Positions 1 through 12,089 of a stretch of DNA of 64,000 nt are shown piece after piece; the stretch's first letter is position 1; each line of letters begins with the position of its first letter. The stretch covers positions 11,098,001 through 11,162,000 of the forward strand of contig NC_086101.1 of NCBI RefSeq assembly GCF_963921235.1. Direction: 5' to 3'. The position numbers and the translations under genes are program-made. This DNA is from Mobula hypostoma. Its lineage: Eukaryota. The notes under the pieces were generated by a model. It searched no databases. It saw only the letters and a list, made by a program, of their open reading frames with translations, and had not been told where the DNA came from.

Positions 1-951
1 TATTTCAGTGTAGGCGGGGCTCCAGAAACAAATGCAGTTGGGTATCCTACACCTGTGTGTAACACAGTGTATGTTAGACAAGCAAATCTCGGGCATTTCT
101 CTGAATTGAGGTATTCCAGTCACCTGTAAAAGTTAGTGCTTTTGTGCAATGCAGGAGACCAATTCTATCTGGCCTCTGGTCATTTTGACCCCTGAAATGG
201 TTGCATGAAGGTTGACATCTAATAATTCAACAAACTCTAGACTGACCTGAGTTCAGCTGCATCAGCTGAAGGTGGTACTTTGATAATTGCATCGACTTTG
301 CTCTGAGGCCTTGAACTCCAGCATCAGTTTGACAGGCCATGTAATGCTTAATATTTGTGGAAATTGGCATTTTGCATGCTGACGCTGATTCCATTAAGAT
401 TACTGTCTGACCATCACTACTCCTGGTAGCTCCATACTGAAACCAGGATTTCACAAATGAAGCAAAGAACATAATCAGCTGATCCAAAATCTCATCTACG
501 GTACAGTGCATAAACTCTGGTGCTGGTTCACCTCCACAAAAGCTTTCTGTATGTTAATTGTGAGACATGTCAGTCACTGGATTCAGGCCCACCTGCTATT
601 TAGTCAGGATAAATTAATCTTTCTGAATTCAATTGCCTGTCAAGATTGCAAAAAAATTGAGTATGTGTATCAACTTCCATGGAGCAATTTCACCCCACTG
701 CATCACTGTTTCACTCTGCTTTGGAATGACTGGAAATGGGAGCGACCCAATCACAGCTCAAATGGGACAGAATACCATGTCTCTTCAGACAGCCCAGTTC
801 ATGCACAACTGCTTCTTTTGAGATCTGGAGAACAGTTTGGAAAGTGTGGAAGGTGTGAGTGGCTTGTACTTCCACATGGATCTTCATGTGAAAACCTTTC
901 AATTCCCATAGACCTGCTTAAGGTCAGAAGCTTATCAAGCCAGTGATCTCT

Positions 952-993
<42 letters not shown>

Positions 994-1785
994 AACGTGT
1001 ACGCGTGTGCGTGTCCGTGCATACGCACATGCACTTGTGGTGAAACACCTTCCTTCCTTTCTGAGTTTAATTTGAAATTTTGAAGCCAGTTTTGCCCTGT
1101 GATACAATTCTGCTCCTTAACTCCCACCAGGTGCAGCATCCATTCCAGTAAATGGACTTTATTTCACTGGAAATGAAACTCCTCCACAACAGGAAATCTG
1201 TGTCCATAAGTGGCAAGTAGTGAATGTATGTTGGTTGCAAGAGACAAGAGGTCAGCCTCTCCTTGTATATGTGCTCTGGCCCGAGTGACACAGATGGCCA
1301 GGTTTTCAACATCATTCTAACTTTCATGCCAGCTTAATGTAGAAGAAAGTTCTGTCACCGTTGCATGGACAGTTAATTGTTAACAATCCATTGCTGGGTT
1401 TGATGTCAATGACATAGTTTGCATAAACACAGCCTTGTGCACTTTTACACTCTTTGTGTGGACATTTGTCCACAACCCCATCGCCTTTACTGATGAAGCC
1501 TACAGAACGTTTGCTGGTGGTTTTCAGCACAGCATGATTATGCATGGGTCACATGGCCTTCATATGCTTTGCATGTTTCTGAAACCTCCATGGTTTAGAG
1601 TGGCAGACGAGCTCATGGTACCCTTGCAGGCAAGTTTCAAAGCTGACTTAAAAGTCAAATCCTCTTGTGACAAGTTTCAGCTATTTGTGCTAAGCTCTGG
1701 CCACCAGAGGAGACATGTATTGTGTTCAGTGCTTACAGTGCGGGACTCTCTTCACTGGAAAAAACAAAATCTGTTGCATCCTGTG
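1..1785 (-). mobile_element. Degenerate Ty3/Gypsy gag-pro-pol relic (copy A), many stops and frameshifts
   Basis: Manual minus-strand translation gives RT remnants KEAVVHELGCLKRHGILSHLSCDWVAPI (ORF 711..902) and SKVDAIIKVPPSADAAELRS, and protease-region remnants SVSLGPEHIYKERL and GQNWLQNFKLN. The 3' part runs off the window start. Confidence 0.8.
953..985. repeat. (TG)n microsatellite inside Gypsy relic A
   Basis: Visible TG run. A TG run sits at the equivalent position in copy B (30691-30721). Confidence 0.95.
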
Positions 1786-1787
1786 CA

Positions 1788-4410
1788 GGATTGCAATAGG
1801 ATCAGAAGATGTTGAATGCTTGTGGGTTGTGTTAAGAAACTGCAAGGGTAAAAGGACCCTGATGGCAGTTATATACAGGCCTCCAACTGTGGCTGGGAGG
1901 TGGTCCACAGATTAAAACAGGAAATAGAAAAGGCATGTCAAAAGGGCAATGTTATGATAGTCATGGGAGATTTTAACATGCAGGTCGATTGGGAAAATAA
2001 GGTTGGTAATAGGTCGCAAGAATGACTTTGTTGGTCGCCTAAGAGATGGCTTTTTAGAGCAGTTTGTTGTTGAGCGTGCTCGGGGATCAGCTAGACTGGA
2101 TTGGGTCTAATGTAATGAACCGGAGGCGATCGGGGAACTGAAGGAATCAGTGATCACAATATGTTTGAGTTCAAGCTGAAATTTGATAGGGAGAAAGTAA
2201 AGTCTGACGTAACAGTATTTCAGTGGAGTAAGGGAAACTGCAGTGGCATGAGGAAGCCATAGGCCAAAGTAAATTGGAAGGAGCTGCTGACAGGGATGTC
2301 AGCAGAGCGGCAATGGTTGCGTTTCTGGTAAAAATGAGGAAGGTGCAGGACATATGTATTCCAAAAATGAAGAAATAGTCAAATGCAAAATAGTACAACC
2401 ATGGTTGACAAGGGAAGTCAAAGCTAATGTAAAAATGAAACAGAGGGCATACAACAAAGCAAACATTAGTGGGATGATAGCGGATTGGGAAGTTTTTAAA
2501 AATCTACCGAGAGCAACTAGAAGAATCATTGGAAAGGAAAAGACGAAATATGCAAGCAAGCTAGCAACTAATATCAAAGTGGATCGTAAACTCTTTTTCA
2601 AGTATGTAAAAAAATAAAATAAAATGAGAGTGGATGTAGGACCAGTAGAAAATGAGGCAGGAGAAATAATAACAGGGGACAAGGAGATGGCTGATGAACT
2701 AAATGAGTATTTTGCATCAGTCTTCACCGTGGAAAAACTAGCAGTGTGCCAGATGTTGTAGTGTTTGAAGGAAGAGGAGTGGGTGCGGTTACTATTACAA
2801 AGGAGAAGCTGAATGACCTAAAAGTACATAAATCACCTGGACCAGATGAACTGAACAATGGGGTTCTGAAAGAGATAGCGTTAGAGATTGTGGGGGCACT
2901 AGCAATGATCTTTCAAAAATCATTGAACTCTGGCATGGTGCCAGAGGACTGGAAAATTGCAAGTGTCATTCAACTCTTTAAGAAAGGAAGCAGGAAGGAA
3001 ATTATAGACCAGTTTGCCTGACCTCAGTGGTTGGGAAGATGTTAGAGTCAATTGTTAAGGACGTGGTGATGGAGTACTTGCTGACACAGGACACGATAGG
3101 ACAAAGTCAGCATGATTTCCTTCAGGGAAAATCCAGTCTGATGAACCTATAGGAATTCATTGAGGAGATTACAGGTAGGATAGCTAAAGGGGATGCAGTG
3201 GATGTTGTATATTTGGACCCTCAGAAGGCCTTTGACAAGGTGCCACACATGAGTCTGCTTATCAAGTTAAGAACCCATGGTATTACAGGAAAGTTGCTAA
3301 CATGGTTAGACCATTGTCTGATTGGAAGAAGGAAGTGAGTGGGAATAAAAGGATCCTTGTCTGGTTGGCTGCCAGTGACTGGTGATGTTCTGCAGGGGTC
3401 AGTGTTGGGACCATTTCTTTTTATGCTGTATATAAATGATTTAGATGATGAAATAGATGGTTTTGTTGCCAAGTTTGCAGATGATATAAAGATTGGTGGA
3501 GAGGCAGGTAGTGTTGAGGAAACAGGTAGGATGCAGAAGGACTTAGACAGATTAGAAGAAGGTGGCAAATGAATTATAATGTTGGAAAATGCATGGTTAT
3601 GAACTTTGGTAGTAGAAATAAATGTGCGGACTATTTTCTAAAAGGGGAGAAAGTCGAAAAATCTGAGATGAAAAGGGACTTGGGAGTCCTTGTATATTGT
3701 ATAGAATACCCTAAAGGTTAACTTGCAGGTTGAGGAAGGCAAATGCAATTTTATCATTCATTTAAAGACGTCGAGAATACAAGAGCAGGAATGTGGTGCT
3801 GAGGCTTTATAAGGCACTGGCGATGCCTCACCATGAGTATTGTGAACAGTTTTGCACTCCTCATCTTAGATGAGATGTACTGGCATTGGAGAGGATCCAG
3901 AGGACATTCACAAGGATGATTCCAGGAATGAAAGGGTTATCATATGAGACACTTTTGATGACTCTATGTCTGTACTCACTGGATTTCAGAAGGATGGGGC
4001 GGTGGGGGGGGGGGGGCGGGGAATCTCACTGAAACCTTTCAATTGTGGAAAGGCCCAGACAAATTAGATCTGGAAAGGATGTTTCCCATGGTGGGAGAGT
4101 CTTGGACAAGAGGGTACAGCCTCAAGATTGAGGGGTGTCCATTCAAAACAGAGATGTGGAGAAATTTCTTTGGCCAACGGGTGGTGAAATTGTGGAATTT
4201 GTTGCCATGTGCCCCTGTGGAGGCCAGGTCACTGGGTGTATTTCAGGAAGAGATTGATAGGTTCTTGATTGTACATGGCATTTAATGTTACAGGGAGAAG
4301 GCCAGGAAATGGGGTCGAGGAGGAGGATAAAAAGGATCAGCCATGATTGAATGGCAGAGCAGACTCGATGGGCCAAATGGCCTAATTCTGCTCCTATGTC
4401 TTCCGGTCTT
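1788..4410 (+). mobile_element. 5'-truncated degenerate CR1 LINE (ORF2 endonuclease and RT)
   Basis: Fragments encode VIYRPP (APE endonuclease), KSPGPD, QGSVLGP and KFADD. It ends in a CR1-type 3' UTR and tail near 4400. Confidence 0.9.
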
Positions 4411-6735
4411 ATTGTTTCTTTTACCAAAATGCATTATTGTACATTTCCTAACATCTGCTACTTTTTGCCCATTCTTGCAATTTGTCTAAGTCCTGCTGCA
4501 ACCTCTTTGCTTCCTCAACACTACCAACCCCTGCACCCATCTTCATATCAACCACAAACTTTGCCTCAAAACCATCAATTCCATTCTAAATCATTGATGA
4601 ACAACATGAAAGGCAGCAGTCCCAATATTGACAACTGAGGAACACCACCAGACACCGGCAGTCAACCAGAAAAGGCCCCTTTTATTCCCACTTGCTCCCT
4701 CTTGCCTGTCAGCCATTCCTCTGTCCATGCCAGTATCTTTCCTGTAACACCAGACCATTTTAATCATGTTATGCAGCCTCATGTGTGGCACCTTATCAAA
4801 CGCCTTCTGAAAATCCAAATAAATGACATCCCCTTCCTCTACTTTGTCCACCCTGCTTGTTACTTCCTCAAAAATCTCTTAATGGATTTGTCAGTCAAGA
4901 TTTCCCTTCACAGAAACCATGCTGACTTTAACTTATTTTATCATTAGATTTCAACACGTTCCCTACCACTGACGTTAGGCTTTCTGGGCTATAATTTCCT
5001 TTCATTTGCCTTCCTCCATTCTAAATGAGGATGGAGGAGCGGGTAGTGTTAGAGGAAACAGAGAGCCTGCAGAGAGTCTTGGATAGTTTAGGGGAATGTG
5101 CAAGGAAGTGGTAAATGAAATACAATGTTGGAAAGTGTATGGTTACACACTTTGGTGGAAGAAATAAACGAACAGACTATTATTTAGATGGGGGGGAGAA
5201 TTCAAAAATGCAGAGGTGCAAAGGGACTTGGGAGTCCTTGTGGAGGATACCCTAAAGGTTAACCTTTAGGTTGAGTCGGAGGTGAAGAAGGAGAATGCAA
5301 TGTTGCCATTCATTTCTAGAGGTATAGAATATAAGAGCAGGGATATGATGTTGAGGCTCTATAAGGCACTCGTGAGACCACACTTGGAGTTATTTTAGAA
5401 AGGATATACTGACATTGGAGAGGGTTCAGAAAAGATTCCCAAGAATGATTCCAGGAATGAAAGGGTTAATGTATGAGGAACGACTGGCAGCTCTTGGGCT
5501 GGATTCCCTGGAGTTCAGGAGAATGAAGGGGGGGATCTCATAGAAGCATTCCGAATGCTAAAAGGCCTGAACAGATTAGATATGGCAAAGTTATTTCCCA
5601 TTGTAAGATAGTCTAGGAGAAGAGGGCACAAATTCAGGATTGAAGGACGTCCATTTAGAACAGATATGCGAAGAAATTACTTTAGTCAGGGGGTGGTAAA
5701 TCTGTGGAATTTCTTGCCACCAGTGGCTGTGGAGGCCAAGTCATTGGGTGTATTTAAGGCAGAGATGGATCGGTTCCTGATTAGCCCGGGCATCAAAGGG
5801 TCTGGGGAGACGGCAGGGGAGTGGGGATGACTGGAGGAATTGGATCAGCCCATGATTGAATGGTGGAGCAGACTCAATGGGCCAAATGGCCTACTGCTAC
5901 TCCTATATCTTATGGTTTTATGGTCTCATAGTTCTAGAGTGGAGCGACATTTCCAATCTTCCAGTCCTCCAGGACCATGCAAGAATCCAGTGAGTCCTGA
6001 AGCTTCATGACCAATGTATCCGCTTTCTCTTCTGCACCCTCTCTCAGGACTCTAGGATGTGCTCCATCTGGCCCAGGTGACTTATCTACCGCAAGAACTT
6101 TCAGCTTGCCTAGCACTTTTTCCTTTGTAATTGTAATGGCACTCCCTCTTGCCCCTGTCACTCATGGATCTCTGACACACTGCAAGTGTCTTCCACAGTG
6201 AAGACAGATGCAAAGTACCCATTATGTTCATCTACCATTTCCTTGTCCCCATTACTACCCCACCAGCATCATTTTCCAGTGGGTGAATGTCAACTCTCAC
6301 CTCTGATTTACTCTTTATATAGCTGAAAAATGCTTCTAGTATCCTTCTTTATATTATTGGCTAGTTTACCCTCATATTTCATCTTTTCCTTCATATAGCT
6401 TTTTTCATTGCCTTTTGTAGGATTTTAACAGCTTCCCAATTATCCAACTTCCCACTAACTTTTGCTACCTTATATGCCCTTTCCTTGGCTTTTATGCAGT
6501 CCTTAACTTCCTTTGTCAGCCACAGTTGCCTGCCCTTGCCATTTGAGAACTTCTTCCTCTGTGGGACATAACTATCCGGTGCCTTGTGACCTATTCCCAG
6601 AAACCTCAGCCATCTCTGCTCTGCTGTCATCCCTGCCTGTATCCTCCTCCAATCCTCCTAAGCAAGCTCCTCTCTCGTACCTCTGTAATTCCCTTTATTC
6701 CATTGTGATACTGATAGATGTGAGTTATGCCTCTC
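4411..6735 (-). mobile_element. Degenerate CR1 fragment, split by a younger CR1 insertion
   Basis: Minus-strand ORFs 4591..4851 (YLDFQKAFDKVPH), 5934..6161 (DKSPGPDG..EDWKIGNV) and 6391..6630 are collinear once 5024-5931 is removed. Confidence 0.85.
5024..5931 (+). mobile_element. CR1 3' fragment nested in an opposite-strand CR1
   Basis: RT C-terminal remnants and a tatggt-type tail. TTCTA flanks it on both sides (5019-5023 and 5932-5936), a possible target-site duplication. Confidence 0.8.
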
Positions 6736-7624
6736 CCCCTCAAGCTGCTCTATTTGCTGTTTTTTTTAGTAATAGCTCTAATATCTACTTTGGCCTGCAC
6801 CCTATCACAGTCATTATACCATCTCTCCGCTGTACAGGACTTGACAACTTAAAACTTCTTATTTTTCCAATTGTGATTAAAGGTCCTTGGTCCAAAATAT
6901 TGACTCTTTTACTTTGCATGTGTTGCCTGGCCTGCTGAATGCTTCAGAAATTTGCTATACACCACAATGCATTTTACTAAAATATAATTTTCCATTTCTG
7001 AACAAAAGTGGTGTTGCATTGGATAATTTTCTTTTGTTTCCACAATTTTATCCTTTATTCTTTGCCATGTATTAAAAGCCCAGACTGCACTTAACTCTCC
7101 TTAAGTTAGTCTATACTTAGTCATTTGTTTAAACTTTGGGAGAATTTCTCCTTGTGTATATCTTATAGAAAAAAAGAAATAACACGAAAAAATACATGAA
7201 GTGTAATTTTCTGACAGTTAAAATCTCAATTGTACTCTGCCTCCATTTGCAGCCCCGGTTGGGTCACCTGGAGGAGGTTGTATGATGTTGAAAGACCCGA
7301 AACACCCGATGATTCCAGGAACATCACTGAAGATGTGTCCAGAAGCATCAATAGATGTATGTACACAGCTCAGTGCCTGAAATTGCTCGATCACTTGCTG
7401 GAGCTTTGTGAGAAATCTTGCTGCATATGTTGTTCATGACAAACTTTGTGTCACAGGAGGTACAGAGTTAACATTAGAAGGATTGTGAGGGCAGCCGTGG
7501 CCTGATGAAGAAACACTGATGCTAACAGCAGAGCTGCTTTCATAGGAACTGTCAGTTGATCAAAGGAAATCCAGCAGTTTAATTAGTTACAACTGGAGAA
7601 ATTATTCATGTACCTCAAACCAAA

Positions 7625-7955
7625 AGCAACACAGTGGCTCATATAGTATTATTGGTTCAGAGTTTAAATGACCAAGTTGTGATCCTGACCTCAGACCTTG
7701 TTTGTGGAATTTACACATTTTCTCTGTGACTGTGCAGGATTGTCCTGCATGCTTAGTTTCCTCACGGATCCCACAAACTCTCAGATTGGTAGGCTAATTG
7801 GTTGCTGTAAATACTGTAATGACCAGAGGAACATTTGGGGAGTTGATGTGAATGTGAGGAGAATAAAATGAACTAGGGCAGGATTAATGTCAGTGGGTAT
7901 TTTGATGTTAACACAAATTTTGTGGACCAACTGGCCTGTTTCCATACTGTTTTAT
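7625..7955 (+). mobile_element. Old HE1/V-SINE-like SINE
   Basis: Degenerate V-domain-like core (ggaatttacacattttctctgtgactgtgcaggattgtcctgcatgcttagtttcctc) and a CR1-like 3' end (tggcctgtttcc). Confidence 0.6.
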
Positions 7956-7995
7956 TTTTGTAAATCGATCAACGTAAATAAAATATGCTAGTTAT

Positions 7996-8213
7996 AAAAG
8001 GATCTAATGCTTTCCCAGCGTCTATGATGAATAAACTCTTCTCGGACTTCCAGCCGTGTATAGGTATCAATTTTAACCACAGTTTCGATGATAAACTCTG
8101 CCATACCACCGACTAGACATTCCCTGGCATCATCCCTGATGAAGATGGCAGTGTTTGTCATTGAATAGTTGGTTAAAATCGACACCTGTACCCAGTTGGA
8201 AGAGTTTATTCGT
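7996..8213. repeat. ~220-bp hairpin element with inverted arms, possibly Penelope-related or a MITE
   Basis: Arms 8029-8104 and 8145-8211 are reverse complements (about 80%, one ~10-bp indel) around a 40-bp spacer. A 12-bp direct repeat TATGCTAGTTAT flanks it (7984-7995 and 8214-8225). Confidence 0.75.
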
Positions 8214-8604
8214 TATGCTAGTTATGTTTTTATTCTATCTTTTGACTTTTAGACTTCACTCCATATCTGCATTTAAATTCCAGAACTGAGTGAATAACAC
8301 TCCAATCATTCCCAACCTGTTTTCCAAAATACCAATTCATGTTCTTTACTAATTATTTATTTTCGAAATGTGGGAATCTCATACCTGGCATCAGTAAGCA
8401 CAGCATGACTTGTAACATTAATTGGAATTACATGTGGCTATTATGGAATTGTGCTTTTATTTCATTGAGTGTATGACCAGATCAATACCTTTCGATGAAT
8501 AAATCAAGGCATTAGATAGAGAGGGAGAGAGAAAGAAGATATGTTTCTAAACAAACCTGTTAAATCACATCGCAGTTTTACTTTTTCTTTGGGCACCTTT
8601 TTTA

Positions 8605-8670
8605 TTCACTAAGTGAAAACCTAAAGTCTGGGAAAAAGTGAATTCCTCGTTACCAAAAGTTTCAATTTCT
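8605..8670. promoter_or_regulatory. Cluster of IRF/ISRE-like motifs
   Basis: AGTTTCAATTTCT at 8658-8670 matches the ISRE consensus AGTTTCNNTTTC. TTCACT-A-AGTGAA at 8605-8617 is a palindrome of IRF half-sites, and there is a further AAGTGAA at 8636-8642. Motif match only. Confidence 0.35.
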
Positions 8671-8884
8671 TGTACAGTATCTTAACACAGTTTAATAGCA
8701 AAATAGTAGCTGGGGCAAGAGCAGGTCCCCTTTAGGATCAATATGGTGTCTGTTTGGAGCAATGGTAAATGGGCAAAGACTTGAGTAAGGATAAGGGCAT
8801 GAAAGCTGGTGAAGTCAGGGAAGAAAATAATGAAATCCAGGAACACATCAACATTATGAAATTTTGGAGTTCCTGAAATACATA

Positions 8885-11575
8885 AGGGTGAGTACACGTT
8901 AACACACGAAGCAAAGTTTACCCCGAGTAAGAGCTACCAGAAGGATAGTCGAGAGGGCGGAGAAAGTCCACCGGAAAAGCCAGAAAGCCTGGGACTAGTG
9001 AGAAGGATAAGGAAGACCGGGAGCAGTTTGGTAGGAAGTCTCCTAGGGTCGTATGCTATAATTGTGGAAAAGCCGGCCACTTTGCGTCCAGGTGTTTTGC
9101 CCCAAAGAAGGAGATGGGGAAAGGAAAAACGACGACTCCGACTGGCTGTATTGAGCTGGCAAACAAACCGCTAGGGGAGAAAAGGTCTGATAGAGTTCAG
9201 GAAGGGCACAAGAAGTTTATTTCGGCCAGCTTGGTGTCGGTGAAGGAGGGGTAAACCCCAGTTCCAGTACGGATCTTGAGAGACACTGGGGCTTGTCAGT
9301 CGTTGATCTTAAGGAGGGTGTTAGACTTTAGTTCAGAGACCCAGACTGGGGAGGTCAGTGTGATAAAAGGCATTGGGAAAGGGACTGAAGCAGTACCTTT
9401 GCACCAGATACACCTAAAAAGTGACTTGGTCTCCAGACCGGTCACGATAGGGGTGAGGCCCGAACTACCGATGGAAGACGTGGAGGTCTTACTCGGTAAT
9501 GACCACGCCGGCGGAGAGGTGTACCCAGCAGTAAGATTGACAAGCCAGCCTGCCAGCATTGAGGCCCCGCCCATGGACTCACAGGTTTATCCCGTTTGCG
9601 CAGTGACTCGGCGCATGTCCAGAAAGGCTGCCGAAGCGAATGTAGATTTAGCGGAGACATTTTTACCGGCCTTGTACCAGGAGGGGTTAGAAAGTGAGAC
9701 GGGGCGTAGTGAAACGGACATTGAGGTAGACTTATCATTAGCAAGGAAGGAATTTATACAGGCATAGGAGCCAGACGAGGAGCTAATGGTTTTGACGGAG
9801 ACAGCTCTCTCCGAAGTAGAATTAAAAAGGGAGCCAGTGGGCTATTATGTGAAGGAGGGAGTACTGATGAGGAAGTGGAAACCAAGTACCATGCCCGCAG
9901 ATGAGGAGTTGAGGGTGGTGCCGAAAATTTATAGGGACGAGATTTTTAACCTGGCCCACAAGATACCCCTCGGTGGACATTTTGGGGTGAGGAAAACAGT
10001 CGATAGAATTATGAAAAAGTTTTACTGGCCGAACATGAGGAAGGATATTATTAAGTATTGTAGATGTAAGCTGACACAGTTAATGCATATTAATATGTTA
10101 AAAGCTTACCACGATAAGAAAGCAGATCCAGTCGGTGTTATCACAAAAATAAATGAGGCTGGGGTACCAAATGATACGGCGAAAACCCACCTTGAAAAGA
10201 TAAATATGGTGCCGACCAGATTGGAGAACTCTATTGTTTTGGCCAACTTTGCTGATAAGGTCTCTCACTTAACCCCTGAACAGAGCAAGCCGCTGATAAA
10301 GCTAATTAACCGGCATGCAGATGTAAGTCCGGATGTCCCGAGGCAATGCAAAGGGACAGTACATGATGTCGTTGTCACATCAGATCAGCCTATTAAGCAA
10401 CACCCCTATAGGATGAACTTGGAGAAGGGCAAGCTAGTGGAGAAAGAAATTGAACACATGCTAGCCACAGGTATTATTAGACCATCCAAATCAGAGTGGG
10501 CTTCTCCCTGTGTGGTTGTCCTGAAACCCAATGGGAGCATACGATTCTGTACAGATTACAGAAAGGTGAACACCATCACAAAAACTGATGCTTACCCCAT
10601 CCCAAGGGTAGATGATTGCATTGATAAGGTGGGGAGAGCTAAGTACATCACAAAGATCGATTTGCTAAAAGGGTACTGGTGCGTTCCTTCAACCGACCGG
10701 GCTAGAGAAATCTCAGCATTTGTCACTCCATCCGGGTTATACGAGTATAATGTTTTACCTTTTGGCATGAAGAACGCCCCAGGGACCTTCCAAAGATGAT
10801 TAATTTAGTGATAAAAAGGTTAAAAGATCGCAGAAGCGTATATTGACGATTTAGTGGTCTGGAGTGACACGTGGGAGGAGCACATGGTGGCAGTGGAGGA
10901 ACTGCTTAAACGGCTGTCTGAAGACAATCTGACTGTGAACCTCGCGAAAAGTGAGTTCGGCCACGCTAAGGTCACTTATCTGGGGTATGTGATAGGACAG
11001 GGGCAGCTGGCACCGATGCAGGCTAAGGTGCAGGCTACCTCTGAAGTTCCCATCCCGATGGACAAGAGAGCCCTGAGAAGGTTCTTGGGGATGGTAGGGT
11101 ACTATTGGAAGTTTTGCAAAAACTTTGCGGATATTACCCTCCCTCTTGTCGAAGAATGCGAAGTTTGTGTGGAACGACCTTTGTCAACAAGCCTTCGAGA
11201 GTCTGAGGGCGATTTTGTGTCACCACCCTGTATTGAATGCGCCTGACTTTTCAAAATCCTTCTCCCTAGCAACAGATGATAGCAACGAAGCGACAGGGGC
11301 GGTGCTGTTGCAGATAGACAAAGAGGAAATTGAACACCCAGTGGCTTATTTTTCTAAGAAGTTTAATGTCCATCAGAGAAATTATTCCACTGTGGAGAAG
11401 GAATTACTGGCATTACAACATTTTGAGGTTTATATTTGTCCGGCACGGAAACCACTGATAATTTACACTGATCACAATCCATTAGTGTTTTTGGCCACAA
11501 TGAAGGATAAAAACAAACGCTTATTAAGTTGGAGCCTGGTATTACAGGAATTTGATATTAAGATAAAAAGTATCT
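8885..11575 (+). mobile_element. Gmr1-type Gypsy relic: gag end, protease, internally deleted integrase, RT, RNase H
   Basis: Zinc knuckle CYNCGKAGHFASRC (9054-9095) and protease RDTGACQSLI. The integrase zinc region AHKIPLGGHFG..FYWP..KYCRC lies upstream of RT (WASPCVVV, DLLKGYW, PFGMKNAP, YIDD near 10840). RNase H follows (VAYFSKKF, YTDHNPL). Confidence 0.88.
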
Positions 11576-11749
11576 ACTGGTTTATAACTCACAAAAATAA
11601 AGATTCCAGACACAGGTATTCCAAACAGTTTCATTTATTTTCACTCTCTCCATTACATCGGTTTGTAGACAGCAGACAGTCCCAAAAGACCCGATGGACA
11701 GTTTGGGCGTCCTAAAATAATGCCCGTATCAGTGGCAGCAGGCACACTA

Positions 11750-12085
11750 CACCCTGCACAGGCAGATTTAATCCCTCATTTCGGCATTGCTGAGAGGTGT
11801 GGAGGTTGGATTTCACGGTTGGTGAATAGTTATTTTGGAGAGTTATTGACAAAGTGTATCATGGAGAAAACCCCTGTATGTTTGTAAAGTTTTGTATTTG
11901 TTTTCATTTGTCTATTTCTAAGTAAGTTTTCTTCACAACATCTGAGCAACTTTTGCTTTGTTTTTTCTCCTGGCTCTAAATAAAACCCCTGGCACTAACA
12001 TGCTGTTGCAGCTTACCATCTGATTTTTTCCCAACTGGTGGCCCTCGTCGGGCAGCTTACCCACGTCTGAGAGCAAGGTGTGACA
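11750..12085 (+). mobile_element. LTR of a second Gypsy element (5' boundary uncertain)
   Basis: Contains AATAAA, ends in TGTGACA and is homologous to 17735-17839 plus 19454-19659. Confidence 0.7.
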
Positions 12086-12089
12086 GAAA

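Larger units (their letters stand above)
122..8040 (+). repeat. Segmental duplication block A, paralogous to 29890-32475
   Basis: Shared collinear order: Gypsy relic, TG microsatellite, unique sequence (6740-7440 vs 30940-31540), SINE (7627-7950 vs 31540-32400), ending at atgatgaataaa. The CR1 stack 1788-6735 is only in A and the Rex1 insertion is only in B. Confidence 0.85.

Noticed and set aside
227-946. ORFs 227..511, 506..946 and 633..821 as host genes
   Set aside because: They are alternative-frame or antisense readings of the degenerate Gypsy pol, whose true frame is full of stops.
4000-4020. Poly-G run as a functional G-quadruplex
   Set aside because: A homopolymer expansion at a G-rich spot in a dead CR1 copy, with unreliable length in assemblies.
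7230-7439. ORF ending LLDHLLELCEKSCCICCS, echoed in block B as LLDHLLALCEKCCCICWS
   Set aside because: Its middle is an insertion found only in block A, there is no convincing start or domain, and the shared ending follows from the duplication itself.
8887-8893. GTGAGT as a splice donor after the MGKDLSK ORF
   Set aside because: It coincides with the start of the Gypsy gag remnant (..EYTLTH..) and is out of frame with the short ORF.
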